IMG/VR virus record: IMGVR_UViG_3300020469_000011 | Coordinates: 64,001 to 128,000 of that record | DNA length: 64,000 nucleotides | Reading direction: 5' to 3' (one strand) | DNA from: a virus | Shown here: positions 21,137-30,421 of the stretch, piece after piece | Layout: each line of letters starts with the position of its first letter | Numbering within the stretch: position 1 is the stretch's first letter | The notes under the pieces: generated by a model | Database searches by the model: none | What the model was told of the DNA's origin: nothing | Seen by the model: only the letters and a program-made list of their open reading frames with translations | Translations under genes and position numbers: made by a program

Positions 21137-22677
21137 TATTCACCACCCGTAAAAAGTTGAAGTCTTTGTTTTCTTTTTTCCTCATTAACAATTTTCTGTA
21201 TTTCTGCTGAAAGTAAAGAAGTATCTGCCAATTCTCTATCTGCTTCCAAGACTATATCTTCTGATTCTGTCTTTACTGATATATCTGTTTGCTTAAATTC
21301 TTTATCTGTTCTATAGCCTTCTGATATTGTATCAGTAATCATTTCTATTAACAGTTTGTATTTTTCAGACTTGTCTATAGAATGATGAATTCTTGTAACT
21401 AGATATTTTCCAGTTAAATAGATATCTTCTTTATCTTCTTCTCCTTCTGGCACATAAAAATAAACTATATCACCTACATTAATATTGCCTGAACTGTCTC
21501 CTGGCATTTCAATTTGAATAACTAAAGAATCTATTTGAGACTGTATGCTCATTCGTCTTTGATACATTTCAGGACGATGCTCTGAAAAATTCTGAGATTC
21601 ATAATCGCCTGACTGAAATAAAACAACTTCATTTACAGTTAAAGGTTTTTCTCCTACTGAACTATTGTGTAAAAAATCTGTATAATCTGTTGATAATAAA
21701 GATTTTCCATCATTAACATGATACTGTTTTTTTGCATCTTCTTGATAATAATATCTTTTATTTTTTACATTTCTTTTTTCTAAATCTATGAAATCTACGT
21801 TAGAAGAATACATTCCTCTTGACATATTTTTAAAAATATCAAAACGATTTACAATTTTATAATCATATATAATATTCCATATAGTCAGTTTGTTTTTTGT
21901 TAATATATCTTTGGGAATATATACTAAGGTTTTTACTCTATTATCATCTCTTTTTCTTTTAAAAATATCTTCTAAACTGACAAAACGAAAACGATTTATA
22001 TCTTGAAAGAAAAAGAATAATGAACCTGTTTTAGAAACAGACCTTTTACATAATTTATTAATTGTTCTAAAGGGAGTTAAACTTGGTACAACATATTTTT
22101 CAACGTGACCTGATTCAGTTTCTATTGTAAAATAATTAACACTAGCATTTTTTTCTTTTATAATATACTCATTAGTTTCTTTTATACTTACTGTGCTTTC
22201 ATCAACTAGATTCAAATAATTTTTACATATATCAGAAACCATTGCTGATAAAGAACCTCTATGATAAGACCTTGATATTTTTTGTTTTTCGTTTACTATA
22301 GCAACATCAGATGTTAAAAATAAAGTATATAAATTGGTATTTGTGTTTACTCTTTCTATTTCTGAAATTCCTGTTACTCTCATTCTTACCAAAATAGCTA
22401 TTTTAGTATTCATTGAACGAAAACATATCTGAACATATTCTTCACCAATAATAGGAACTTCTGATAATAAATTAGTAGAATCCAATATACCTACTTTTCC
22501 ACTCAAACAATTTGAGTAAATATCCTCATAGATACTAAAATTAGTGTAAACAAGATCTAAGATATATTGTTTTTTAGAAGGTGCAGATCTTTCTAACCAT
22601 AAACTAATAAGTTCATAGTCTCCTATTTCACTTGGAAAAAAGTCTGTTTTTACAGTTCTATCAAAAATAGTTCTCAT
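21136..22677 (-). CDS. Baseplate hub protein, gp27-like
   Basis: FSIYEDIYSNCLSGKVGILDSTNLLSEVPIIGEE, FFFFQD..RFRFVSLE, GKYLVTRIHH; lies between gp53 and gp5. Confidence 0.75.
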   Translation of the reverse strand: MRTIFDRTVKTDFFPSEIGDYELISLWLERSAPSKKQYILDLVYTNFSIYEDIYSNCLSGKVGILDSTNLLSEVPIIGEEYVQICFRSMNTKIAILVRMRVTGISEIERVNTNTNLYTLFLTSDVAIVNEKQKISRSYHRGSLSAMVSDICKNYLNLVDESTVSIKETNEYIIKEKNASVNYFTIETESGHVEKYVVPSLTPFRTINKLCKRSVSKTGSLFFFFQDINRFRFVSLEDIFKRKRDDNRVKTLVYIPKDILTKNKLTIWNIIYDYKIVNRFDIFKNMSRGMYSSNVDFIDLEKRNVKNKRYYYQEDAKKQYHVNDGKSLLSTDYTDFLHNSSVGEKPLTVNEVVLFQSGDYESQNFSEHRPEMYQRRMSIQSQIDSLVIQIEMPGDSSGNINVGDIVYFYVPEGEEDKEDIYLTGKYLVTRIHHSIDKSEKYKLLIEMITDTISEGYRTDKEFKQTDISVKTESEDIVLEADRELADTSLLSAEIQKIVNEEKRKQRLQLFTGGE

Positions 22678-23180
22678 GAATTTATTATCACTGGTAAATC
22701 AGATTGAATTACGTTTATAATTGAAGGGTCAAAAACTCTAATTGTTTTCTTAGCTTCGTTTTCTTTTACAATTTTATCAAAAGCTGTCAAAGTTTTTGTT
22801 ATACCCAAAGATGTTTTTCCAACTTCATACCCGTTAGCATCATAGTAAGCAACAATTTCTCTGTTTGCTTTTTCTATAGAACCATATTTTTTAGTTATAA
22901 ATTTATCTAAATTTATTTGTGAAAGAACCCAATCTTGATAAACACTGTAAACATCATTTAACAAAAGTATTGTCCATGTATAATCATAAGTATCATACAA
23001 TTCAAAAGAGATTTCTTCTGGTCTTTTTTCGTTTTCAATTTCATAATTAATAATAACTAAAGAGTCTTGATTTTTTTTAACATAATCTAATAATTTAACT
23101 CTAACTGAAATGTCAACCATATTAACTGATTGACCATCTATCGCATAACGTGTTTTTGGAAATTCTTGAAAAAAATACAT
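22674..23180 (-). CDS. gp53: Baseplate wedge subunit gp53
   Basis: MYFFQEFPKTRY...YEIENEKRPEEISFELYDTYDYTWTILLLN...DW (LysM-like gp53 signature). Confidence 0.9.
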   Translation of the reverse strand: MYFFQEFPKTRYAIDGQSVNMVDISVRVKLLDYVKKNQDSLVIINYEIENEKRPEEISFELYDTYDYTWTILLLNDVYSVYQDWVLSQINLDKFITKKYGSIEKANREIVAYYDANGYEVGKTSLGITKTLTAFDKIVKENEAKKTIRVFDPSIINVIQSDLPVIINS

Positions 23181-23196
23181 TTAATTTTATAGATTG

Positions 23197-24138
23197 TTAA
23201 TTAGTAGAAATATTGTGTACTCTGTCTACATCACCTCTTGTAAACACTTTAGTTTCTTGTAATGTTAATCCTATAGAAGTAGAAACATAAAATTTTTCAC
23301 CGTCTTCTTCAAAGAATGTCATTTCATTTTGGTCTGTAACATCGTTATGAGATACATCCACTTTTGTTATTACAGAAGGTAATAACTTAAATTTATTAAA
23401 AGGTTTATTATCAACATATATTTCTAACAACATGTTACTAGGATATTTATAATGATTATTATAATTTACAGTAGCTTTTTTACCTGGATCAGTAGTAGAT
23501 GGAAGAGCATTTTTTAAAAACACCTTTTCCATTTTTTTAATATTTTTAGCTTCTTCTTTATTTTTAGGATATAAATTCCAAGTAAAAATAAAAAATCTAT
23601 AATTTTGCGAATCTCCCTGATAAAAAACTCTAGTATGTGGATTATACGCTACACCTTCAGCAAAAGCACCTGCTCTAATTGGAGCAGCATCTGTTCTTAA
23701 CACTGCTGAAGTAACAAAAGCTTTTGCTACTTCAGTACCTTTGCTCTTATTTACTGTTTCTTGAAGTGTTTTTTTAATACCACCAGTAGTCTGGCCAAAC
23801 TCTCTCACATTAGCATATATGACGTTTCCTAATACACCTATATCTTCCGGACTATAACTTGCACTAATAGTTTCATACATTAATCTTGGAGGTATAGGTA
23901 GATATAAAATAGGATATATTATTTCTTGTATTTTATTTAAAATTCTAGAATTTGCACTAGCTCTATGTTTGACAAATGTTATCTTTACATAATTCTTTTG
24001 ATATGTTTCTCCAGTTTTTCCTATTCTTACACTAGATGCAATTTCTTGTGAAGCCGACTCAGTGTTTGTGACAAAAAGATCATTGGGATATTTAATAAAT
24101 TTTTCTTCAGCCATTGTGTGCCTGTAAATTTTCTGCAT
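23197..24138 (-). CDS. Baseplate tail-tube cap/initiator, gp48-like
   Basis: LYLPIP, YNPHTRVFYQG..RFFIFTWNLYPKNKEEAKNI, LTLQETKVFTR. Confidence 0.75.
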   Translation of the reverse strand: MQKIYRHTMAEEKFIKYPNDLFVTNTESASQEIASSVRIGKTGETYQKNYVKITFVKHRASANSRILNKIQEIIYPILYLPIPPRLMYETISASYSPEDIGVLGNVIYANVREFGQTTGGIKKTLQETVNKSKGTEVAKAFVTSAVLRTDAAPIRAGAFAEGVAYNPHTRVFYQGDSQNYRFFIFTWNLYPKNKEEAKNIKKMEKVFLKNALPSTTDPGKKATVNYNNHYKYPSNMLLEIYVDNKPFNKFKLLPSVITKVDVSHNDVTDQNEMTFFEEDGEKFYVSTSIGLTLQETKVFTRGDVDRVHNISTN

Positions 24139-25132
24139 CGTCTGCAGTGTATATTTTTGTTTCCATTATGATAAGATTTATTTCATATGTTTGATGGTAA
24201 TATCCTTTTTCACCTTTTATAAATGATTCAACATCACCGCTTGACCCATAAAAAGTATTCAAATCTCTTACTACAAATGTATATGGAAAATTCATAAAGT
24301 ATCCAATTTTATCTTTTCCTTCTTCTATTTCAGAATTTCCTTTTATTCTTTCACAAATAGTTAATTTAATTTCATTTGGTATTTTAAATACTGAGCTAAA
24401 CCATTGACCCTGATTATCTTCAAAAAAAGTTTTATCAGTATATTTTTCTGTAACATCACCAAATATAGTGTTAGCAAAACCTAAATAATTAGTAGTGGCA
24501 TTAAATGCTCTTAAAGACTCTCTTCCTGCAGTATTAAGTACTGAGAAACTAGTATCCGATAGACTAGGTAATGATGATTTCTGTATTGCTTTTATTATTT
24601 TTTCTAGTTCTATAGCATCTTCTTCATTTTTAGGAGTTATCTTCCAATCTAAAGTAAATTCTCTTACCCTACTCACACCATCAAATAATAAAGTAAAATT
24701 CGGTGCTCTTGTTAGACCTAATCCTTGAGCACCTAACTTAAAGAATTTATTATCTGTCATCATGATTTCTTTTGACAAATAAGTATCAAAAGCGTTGTAT
24801 GCAGTTGTTGCTAAAGAACCAAGAGTATCCAAAGTAGAAGGTCCTGATGAACCAGAAGGACCTTCTGATGCTAAATTTTTTTTTCCACTCAAAACATTAC
24901 TTAGCGCATTTCTTACACCTTCATACTTATCTTTAACAAGTTCTCCAATAACCCCGAGTTCTCTCTGAGAATAATCTAATTGAAAATCTTCCCTTAATAA
25001 TCCTTTTGGCAATGGCAAATAAATAGTAGAAACAGATTTTTCTTTATCAACGGAAGATTCTATGATCTCTATTTTAAGAAAAAATCTCTGAAAATTCTCT
25101 ACATTTTTTGGAAAAAATATTTCTTCTGACAC
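24107..25132 (-). CDS. Second gp48/gp54-like tail-tube cap paralogue (GTG start)
   Basis: IYLPLP, PNFTLLFDGV..REFTLDWKITPKNEEDA, METKIYT; same motif layout as the neighbouring gene. Confidence 0.7.
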   Translation of the reverse strand: MSEEIFFPKNVENFQRFFLKIEIIESSVDKEKSVSTIYLPLPKGLLREDFQLDYSQRELGVIGELVKDKYEGVRNALSNVLSGKKNLASEGPSGSSGPSTLDTLGSLATTAYNAFDTYLSKEIMMTDNKFFKLGAQGLGLTRAPNFTLLFDGVSRVREFTLDWKITPKNEEDAIELEKIIKAIQKSSLPSLSDTSFSVLNTAGRESLRAFNATTNYLGFANTIFGDVTEKYTDKTFFEDNQGQWFSSVFKIPNEIKLTICERIKGNSEIEEGKDKIGYFMNFPYTFVVRDLNTFYGSSGDVESFIKGEKGYYHQTYEINLIIMETKIYTADDAENLQAHNG

Positions 25133-25143
25133 TCTATATACCT

Positions 25144-25581
25144 ATGAGAAAAAGCCGAAATTACAGACAGGGTAGATTTAAACCTAAGAATATAGCAAAA
25201 TATAAAGGAAACTCCGGTAATGTTATTTATCGTAGTTCTTGGGAAAAAAGAATAATGGCCTTCTTTGATGAATCCGCAAATGTAAAATGGTGGAACTCTG
25301 AAGGCTTAATAGTTCCATACTTTAATCCTATTGATAAAAAGATGCATTCTTATTTTCCAGATTTTGTTTTCATGAATAAAAATAACAAAGTATACATGAT
25401 AGAAGTAAAGCCTTACAAAGAAACATTACCACCTGTAAAGAAAGGTAGAAACTATAGGTCAGCAGCAATTACTTATGTTATCAATCAATCAAAATGGAAA
25501 CAAGCAATTGAATTTTGTGAAAAGCAAAATTGGCAATTTGTAGTTTGGACAGAAAAAGAAATGAAAAAAATGGGAATCTAG
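25144..25581 (+). CDS. gp4: Head completion nuclease gp4
   Basis: YRQGRFKPKNIAKYKG...YRSSWE...WNSE...YFPDF...IEVKP...NQSKW; ATG at 25144 is the likely start; divergent from the baseplate operon as in T4. Confidence 0.93.
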   Translation: MRKSRNYRQGRFKPKNIAKYKGNSGNVIYRSSWEKRIMAFFDESANVKWWNSEGLIVPYFNPIDKKMHSYFPDFVFMNKNNKVYMIEVKPYKETLPPVKKGRNYRSAAITYVINQSKWKQAIEFCEKQNWQFVVWTEKEMKKMGI

Positions 25582-25603
25582 TGAAGAAAACTTAATATAA
25601 TAC

Positions 25604-25632
25604 TTGACTTTTACTTAATTCTGTGTTACAAT
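25604..25632 (+). promoter_or_regulatory. Sigma70-type early promoter
   Basis: TTGACT-N17-TACAAT with extended TG, upstream of the SF2 helicase. Confidence 0.75.
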
Positions 25633-25666
25633 AGGTTTTATTAATAAATCTGTAACATGGAGTGAT

Positions 25667-27532
25667 ATGGAAAACTTTGAAATAAAAAGATATATTTCTG
25701 AACTTGACTCATCTGTATTTTTTTGTCACAATCATTACACATCACTAATTGATTCCCCAACAGGTTCCGGTAAAACAGAATTGATTTTTGAAAGATCTTT
25801 AGATACTCCTAAAATTATAATTGCCTTTCCTTATACATCTCAAGTTATACAACAACAAAAATTACATATTGACTATCAGTGTTTATATGATGATAATCAA
25901 TATGATGATTCCAAATCAAATAAAATAATTTGTACTTATGATAAGTTAGTAACTTTAATTAATCACGATCTAGATCTAAATGAATACGAATTGCATCTAG
26001 ATGAATGTCACAATTTATATGTCTCTTCCAACTATAGAGATCGTATAATGTATTATATTTCGCTTTCTATCAGAAATCGTAACTATAAAAAAGTGTTTTT
26101 GTATTCAAGTACCTATGACACAAAATATCTTAATAACTATTTAATTATTGATAAACATTTTAAGATAACATGCAAAGATAAGAATAAAGACGATATTACT
26201 TGTATCCACTTAGATAATAGTAGTAAAGTTACAATGAATGAATCTATACTTTATCATTTTCAATATAATGTTATGAACAATGAAAAGGTTTTGATTTATC
26301 GTAACAACAAAAGTGAGAATATTTCTCTAGGTAAATCATTAGAAGATATCGGATTTGATGTTTTAGTTGTAGATAGTGATAGTAAAAATGAAGAAGAAAT
26401 CATTGACCTTCTGAGAAATCAAGAGATATCAAATAAAACAAATGTACTAATTACAACATCAATACTAACTGAAGGTATAAACTTATTGAATAAAAATATA
26501 ACTCAGATTCATTATATTGATAAAAGTAAGAGCGCATCAACTATTAGGCAATTTACAAGTAGAGCAAGAAATCGAAAACATAAAACATTTGTGTGGTATA
26601 AAAAAGAAGAAAATTTTAATATAAAGAAAAATATATTTGAAGAGTGGTATGATTTTAATGAGAATGCAAAATCTCTAGAACAGAACTATAACTATATTGT
26701 ACAAACAACTGAAAGTAAACTAAGAAACAAACACATCAATCATATATTAAAAGCATCTACTTTTTATGATAGGAGTTGGAGACAATTTGGATATCGCAAT
26801 GTAAACAGCAGTATTAAAATAGATTACACAAGAATAGCGAATTACTTTTATGAATTAGATGTTAGCAATCAAAGTCATAATTCTTACATACTTGGTGAGG
26901 AATTAGAGAAGCATAACTTTGATGTTCATTATATGAATTATGAAATATTAATTGATAAGAACGATCAACTTAATTCCAAAATGAATTCAAGAACAGTTAA
27001 AGAAGAAAGAAAGGCAGATAAGATTCTTATATTACAAAATTATATAGATGAAAATACAAATGTAAAGAAAAGATTAATTGAGTTGTTGAGAAAGAAAAAT
27101 AAAGATTCTTTAGAAAATCGTGAAATAAAAATAGCAAGAGAATGGATACAACTTGAAAAAAATAATGTTAGTAAACAAGATATACTTGAAATTATTAAGA
27201 ATAATAATAGTCATAAAGCTAAATATAGGTTATCTTTAAAATATCAAATGCAAAACGATTTACTTTATAATGAACTTGTCAATCTTGTTGAGGTTAATAA
27301 AAGGTATGGTGTAGAAGAACGTAGTGATTTACTACTACAAGCGGATAAAAATATTTTATCCAAACACAAGATTGACCTAAATATAAAAAAGATGTCTGAC
27401 GGTAGCGTACATGGTAAAACAAGTAAAGGAATCTTCTCAAATTTATTTAACTTAAATACTCATGTATATAATGGTAAACACACAATTTCTATAAAAGATT
27501 TAGATCCTCTATTCTTTCAAACAACCAATTAA
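25667..27532 (+). CDS. Superfamily 2 (DExH) helicase, origin-binding-protein-like
   Basis: Walker A SPTGSGKT, DECH, motif III SST, motif V TTSILTEGIN, motif VI RQFTSRAR; GGAG SD. Confidence 0.8.
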   Translation: MENFEIKRYISELDSSVFFCHNHYTSLIDSPTGSGKTELIFERSLDTPKIIIAFPYTSQVIQQQKLHIDYQCLYDDNQYDDSKSNKIICTYDKLVTLINHDLDLNEYELHLDECHNLYVSSNYRDRIMYYISLSIRNRNYKKVFLYSSTYDTKYLNNYLIIDKHFKITCKDKNKDDITCIHLDNSSKVTMNESILYHFQYNVMNNEKVLIYRNNKSENISLGKSLEDIGFDVLVVDSDSKNEEEIIDLLRNQEISNKTNVLITTSILTEGINLLNKNITQIHYIDKSKSASTIRQFTSRARNRKHKTFVWYKKEENFNIKKNIFEEWYDFNENAKSLEQNYNYIVQTTESKLRNKHINHILKASTFYDRSWRQFGYRNVNSSIKIDYTRIANYFYELDVSNQSHNSYILGEELEKHNFDVHYMNYEILIDKNDQLNSKMNSRTVKEERKADKILILQNYIDENTNVKKRLIELLRKKNKDSLENREIKIAREWIQLEKNNVSKQDILEIIKNNNSHKAKYRLSLKYQMQNDLLYNELVNLVEVNKRYGVEERSDLLLQADKNILSKHKIDLNIKKMSDGSVHGKTSKGIFSNLFNLNTHVYNGKHTISIKDLDPLFFQTTN

Positions 27533-27538
27533 TAAAAT

Positions 27539-28072
27539 ATGAATCTAAACGAAGCTTTTGATTTTCATAAAAACAATAACGTACCTTATTGTTTTACTTT
27601 ATTTCAACCATACTCTTCTAGTTTTTATCACTTCTATGCTGAAGCAAGAACAAAAGAGTTTTGGCATATTGATGATAAAGAAATATTTGAAACTACTAAT
27701 TTAGGTGAATTTGATCATTATGAAGATAATTATGTTCCATTAGATTTGCCTATTCTTTGTGAATCAAGCACAGAGTATCAAGGAAAAAAAGTTGAATTGA
27801 ATAAACCAAAAAGAGGTGGTTCCAAGAAATATTATGTTTACACTAGAAATCCAGATACAAAAAAAGTAGTGAAAGTTTCTTTTGGTGCTGAAGGTGGAGG
27901 TCAAAATCTTAGAGTTAAGATTAATGATCCAGATGCTAGAAGAAATTTTGCTTCAAGACATGACTGTAAAAATAAAAAGGATAAGACTAAAGCTGGATAC
28001 TGGTCTTGTAGATTACCAAGGTATGCTTCTATGCTAGGCTTAGATGTTAAAAACCCAAACTCATTTTGGTAA
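27539..28072 (+). CDS. Conserved phage protein with basic C-terminal module (KVSFG...ARRNFASRHDC...AGYWSC)
   Basis: Motif pattern recurrent in large marine phages; function unknown. Confidence 0.7.
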   Translation: MNLNEAFDFHKNNNVPYCFTLFQPYSSSFYHFYAEARTKEFWHIDDKEIFETTNLGEFDHYEDNYVPLDLPILCESSTEYQGKKVELNKPKRGGSKKYYVYTRNPDTKKVVKVSFGAEGGGQNLRVKINDPDARRNFASRHDCKNKKDKTKAGYWSCRLPRYASMLGLDVKNPNSFW

Positions 28073-28087
28073 AAAAATAAATATGTT

Positions 28088-28354
28088 ATGAAACATTATG
28101 AACAAATTGATAACATAAGAACTATACATAATGATATAGAACACTTTGTTTGGCACAGAGATAAATACGATAGAGAAATTAATATTATCTCTGGTGAAAA
28201 TTGGTTTTTACAAATAGAACATGAATTGCCTAAAAGAATGAATGTTAGTCAGTGTATGTTTATTAAAAAAGAAGTCTGGCATCGTATCTTTTGTACGAGT
28301 GAAGACTTAGACAATGACTTGGTTATTGTCATTAAAGAACTTATAAAAGAATAG
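28088..28354 (+). CDS. Small cupin-like protein
   Basis: WHRD..DREI...W.LQ....P.......FI.K.VWHRI matches a cupin two-motif His pattern. Confidence 0.55.
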   Translation: MKHYEQIDNIRTIHNDIEHFVWHRDKYDREINIISGENWFLQIEHELPKRMNVSQCMFIKKEVWHRIFCTSEDLDNDLVIVIKELIKE

Positions 28355-28358
28355 AAAA

Positions 28359-29174
28359 ATGTTATCTTTTAATCAGTATCTTACCGAAAAGAAAAAGAAA
28401 AAGCCTTGTTGGGATGGTTATAAACAAGTTGGCATGAAGATGAAGAACGGAAAAAAAGTTCCAAATTGTGTACCTGTCAATGAAGATTTTGATGTTGACC
28501 CAAATGATAAATTAAAACCAGTACCCACTGTAGAAGAGATTACTAAAAAACATAATGTATCTACAGAAGAAGTTGAAAAGCAAATTAAAAAAGGTACTGA
28601 TATAGAGAAAGAGCATACAGAAGATACCGATACTGCTAAACAAATTGCACATGCACATATAGATGAAGCATTAGACTACTATGAAAAATTAGCTGATTGT
28701 GTTGAAGAAGAGTTTTTAGATGAAATGTATACTAAGCCTGGATTAAGAGAAAAAATTAAAAATAGAATTAAGGCGGGTAGTAAAGGTGGTAAACCAGGAC
28801 AATGGTCAGCCAGAAAGTCTCAGATGCTTGTACAGCAGTATGAAAAAGAAGGTGGTGGTTATAAATCTAAAGGAAGGTCAAAGAAGCAGAGAAACCTATC
28901 TAGATGGTCTAAAACAGATTGGAAAACGCATGACGATAAGCCATCAATACAGGGACAAAAACATGATGAAGTTGATGCATATCTTCCTAAAGCAGCAATT
29001 GCACACATGAAAAGAAAAGATAAAGAGAACGATACGAATTTATATTCTAAAATGACAAGTCAAAAAAGAAAAGCGGCTAAATCAAATGATCAACATGCCG
29101 ATTATTCTGATGATGTAAAGAAAGCAAGAAAAGCAGCAATCAAACATGCACATAGAAGTGTTAAGGGTAAGTAA
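28359..29174 (+). CDS. Modular putative internal head protein with capsid-targeting leader
   Basis: MLSFNQYLTE leader; modules PCWDGY..PNCVP, GTDIEKEHT..AKQIAHAH..DYY and YTKPGLRE..GGKPGQWSARK. Confidence 0.7.
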   Translation: MLSFNQYLTEKKKKKPCWDGYKQVGMKMKNGKKVPNCVPVNEDFDVDPNDKLKPVPTVEEITKKHNVSTEEVEKQIKKGTDIEKEHTEDTDTAKQIAHAHIDEALDYYEKLADCVEEEFLDEMYTKPGLREKIKNRIKAGSKGGKPGQWSARKSQMLVQQYEKEGGGYKSKGRSKKQRNLSRWSKTDWKTHDDKPSIQGQKHDEVDAYLPKAAIAHMKRKDKENDTNLYSKMTSQKRKAAKSNDQHADYSDDVKKARKAAIKHAHRSVKGK

Positions 29175-30421
29175 TGAAATCATTCAATCAATTTATAACT
29201 GAAAACAAAATTTTAAATGAAGGTGGTAACGCACCATTTATTAATCGTGAAACTGGAGAAAAATTGGGCGATGCTCAAAAAATAGATTTAAATAAGGTAA
29301 ACAGAACTAAATTAGCTAAAAGTTTACAGCTATTGTTTGCTCAGTTAAATAAGCTTTATGAAAAGAAACATGGTGAAAAATTATGGAATGATTTTAGTGT
29401 AATAGAAACGGGTCATGCATTCAATGGTTCTTCTGAACATTTCTTTAATAAAAATATATCTGATGCTAAATTTAAAAAACACAAGCCAATGGTAGGTGAT
29501 ATAGATGTAACTATACATAATGATGAAAAAGTAAAAATTCAAAAATTAAAACCTTTGTTCGATTTACTTTCTGAATTGGAAAACAAAAAAATAACAAATG
29601 AATTTGTATACAAAGGACAAAATAAGAAGCAACAGCAAGGACATCAGATTAATGCTATCTTTCAATTTCAGAATCCAAAGATAAATGTACAAGTTGACTT
29701 TGAAGGTGTTCACTATACAGAAGATCATAAACCTACACCATTTGCAAAGTTTGCACACAATTCATCTTGGGATGATATTGAACAAGGAATGAAAGGTGTT
29801 GGTCATAAACTGTTAATTCAGAATTTAGCAAGAGCATTATCAGAGATGAAAGATGTTGTAGTGTTAACTAAAACTTCTCCATCCGAACCACCAGAGGAGG
29901 TTAAAGTTTCTAAAGCAGCATCTTCAGATGCACCCACTAATTTAGCTTTCAGTGTTGATTTAGGAATAAGAGAAAAGTATGCTCCTGCTGTTGATTCAAA
30001 AGGCAAGCAAGTCTATGTCAATGGCAAGCCAGCATTTCGAGAATTGAAAACAGGAGACAGTAAGTATCACAAAGACATTGATGTGATTTACACAATGATC
30101 TTTAAGAAGAAACCTTCAGAGGATGGCGAGGATTTGAAAAAGTTTCACAGTTTCACTGGAACGTTGGAATTGCTCGAGTCGCATAAGGTAGAAGATGATG
30201 TCATTCGCACCATGTTCAAGTCACTGATAGAAAAAAGTCTATTTGGTAAAAATGCACAAGGTTTTGAAAAAAATAATCCAGAAGGTGACAAAAAAATTAA
30301 AATGTTGATTGTAGATATGTTAGTTAAAAAGTTTCCATATCTAAATCCTATCTTAAATGGATATGAAGAAGAAATAAAAACCTATTATAATAATTATAAA
30401 AAGGTAAAGGTTGACGCATGA
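29174..30421 (+). CDS. Pol-beta-superfamily nucleotidyltransferase with capsid-targeting leader
   Basis: MKSFNQFITE leader; FNGSS...VGDIDV and a distal VQVDFE form the hG[GS]..DhD..D triad. Confidence 0.7.
   Translation: MKSFNQFITENKILNEGGNAPFINRETGEKLGDAQKIDLNKVNRTKLAKSLQLLFAQLNKLYEKKHGEKLWNDFSVIETGHAFNGSSEHFFNKNISDAKFKKHKPMVGDIDVTIHNDEKVKIQKLKPLFDLLSELENKKITNEFVYKGQNKKQQQGHQINAIFQFQNPKINVQVDFEGVHYTEDHKPTPFAKFAHNSSWDDIEQGMKGVGHKLLIQNLARALSEMKDVVVLTKTSPSEPPEEVKVSKAASSDAPTNLAFSVDLGIREKYAPAVDSKGKQVYVNGKPAFRELKTGDSKYHKDIDVIYTMIFKKKPSEDGEDLKKFHSFTGTLELLESHKVEDDVIRTMFKSLIEKSLFGKNAQGFEKNNPEGDKKIKMLIVDMLVKKFPYLNPILNGYEEEIKTYYNNYKKVKVDA

Noticed and set aside
24836-24866. Perfect 10-bp inverted repeat AGAAGGTCCT/AGGACCTTCT inside the gp48-like gene
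   Set aside because: Explained by the repeated GPS peptide; no adjacent U-tract and no regulatory position
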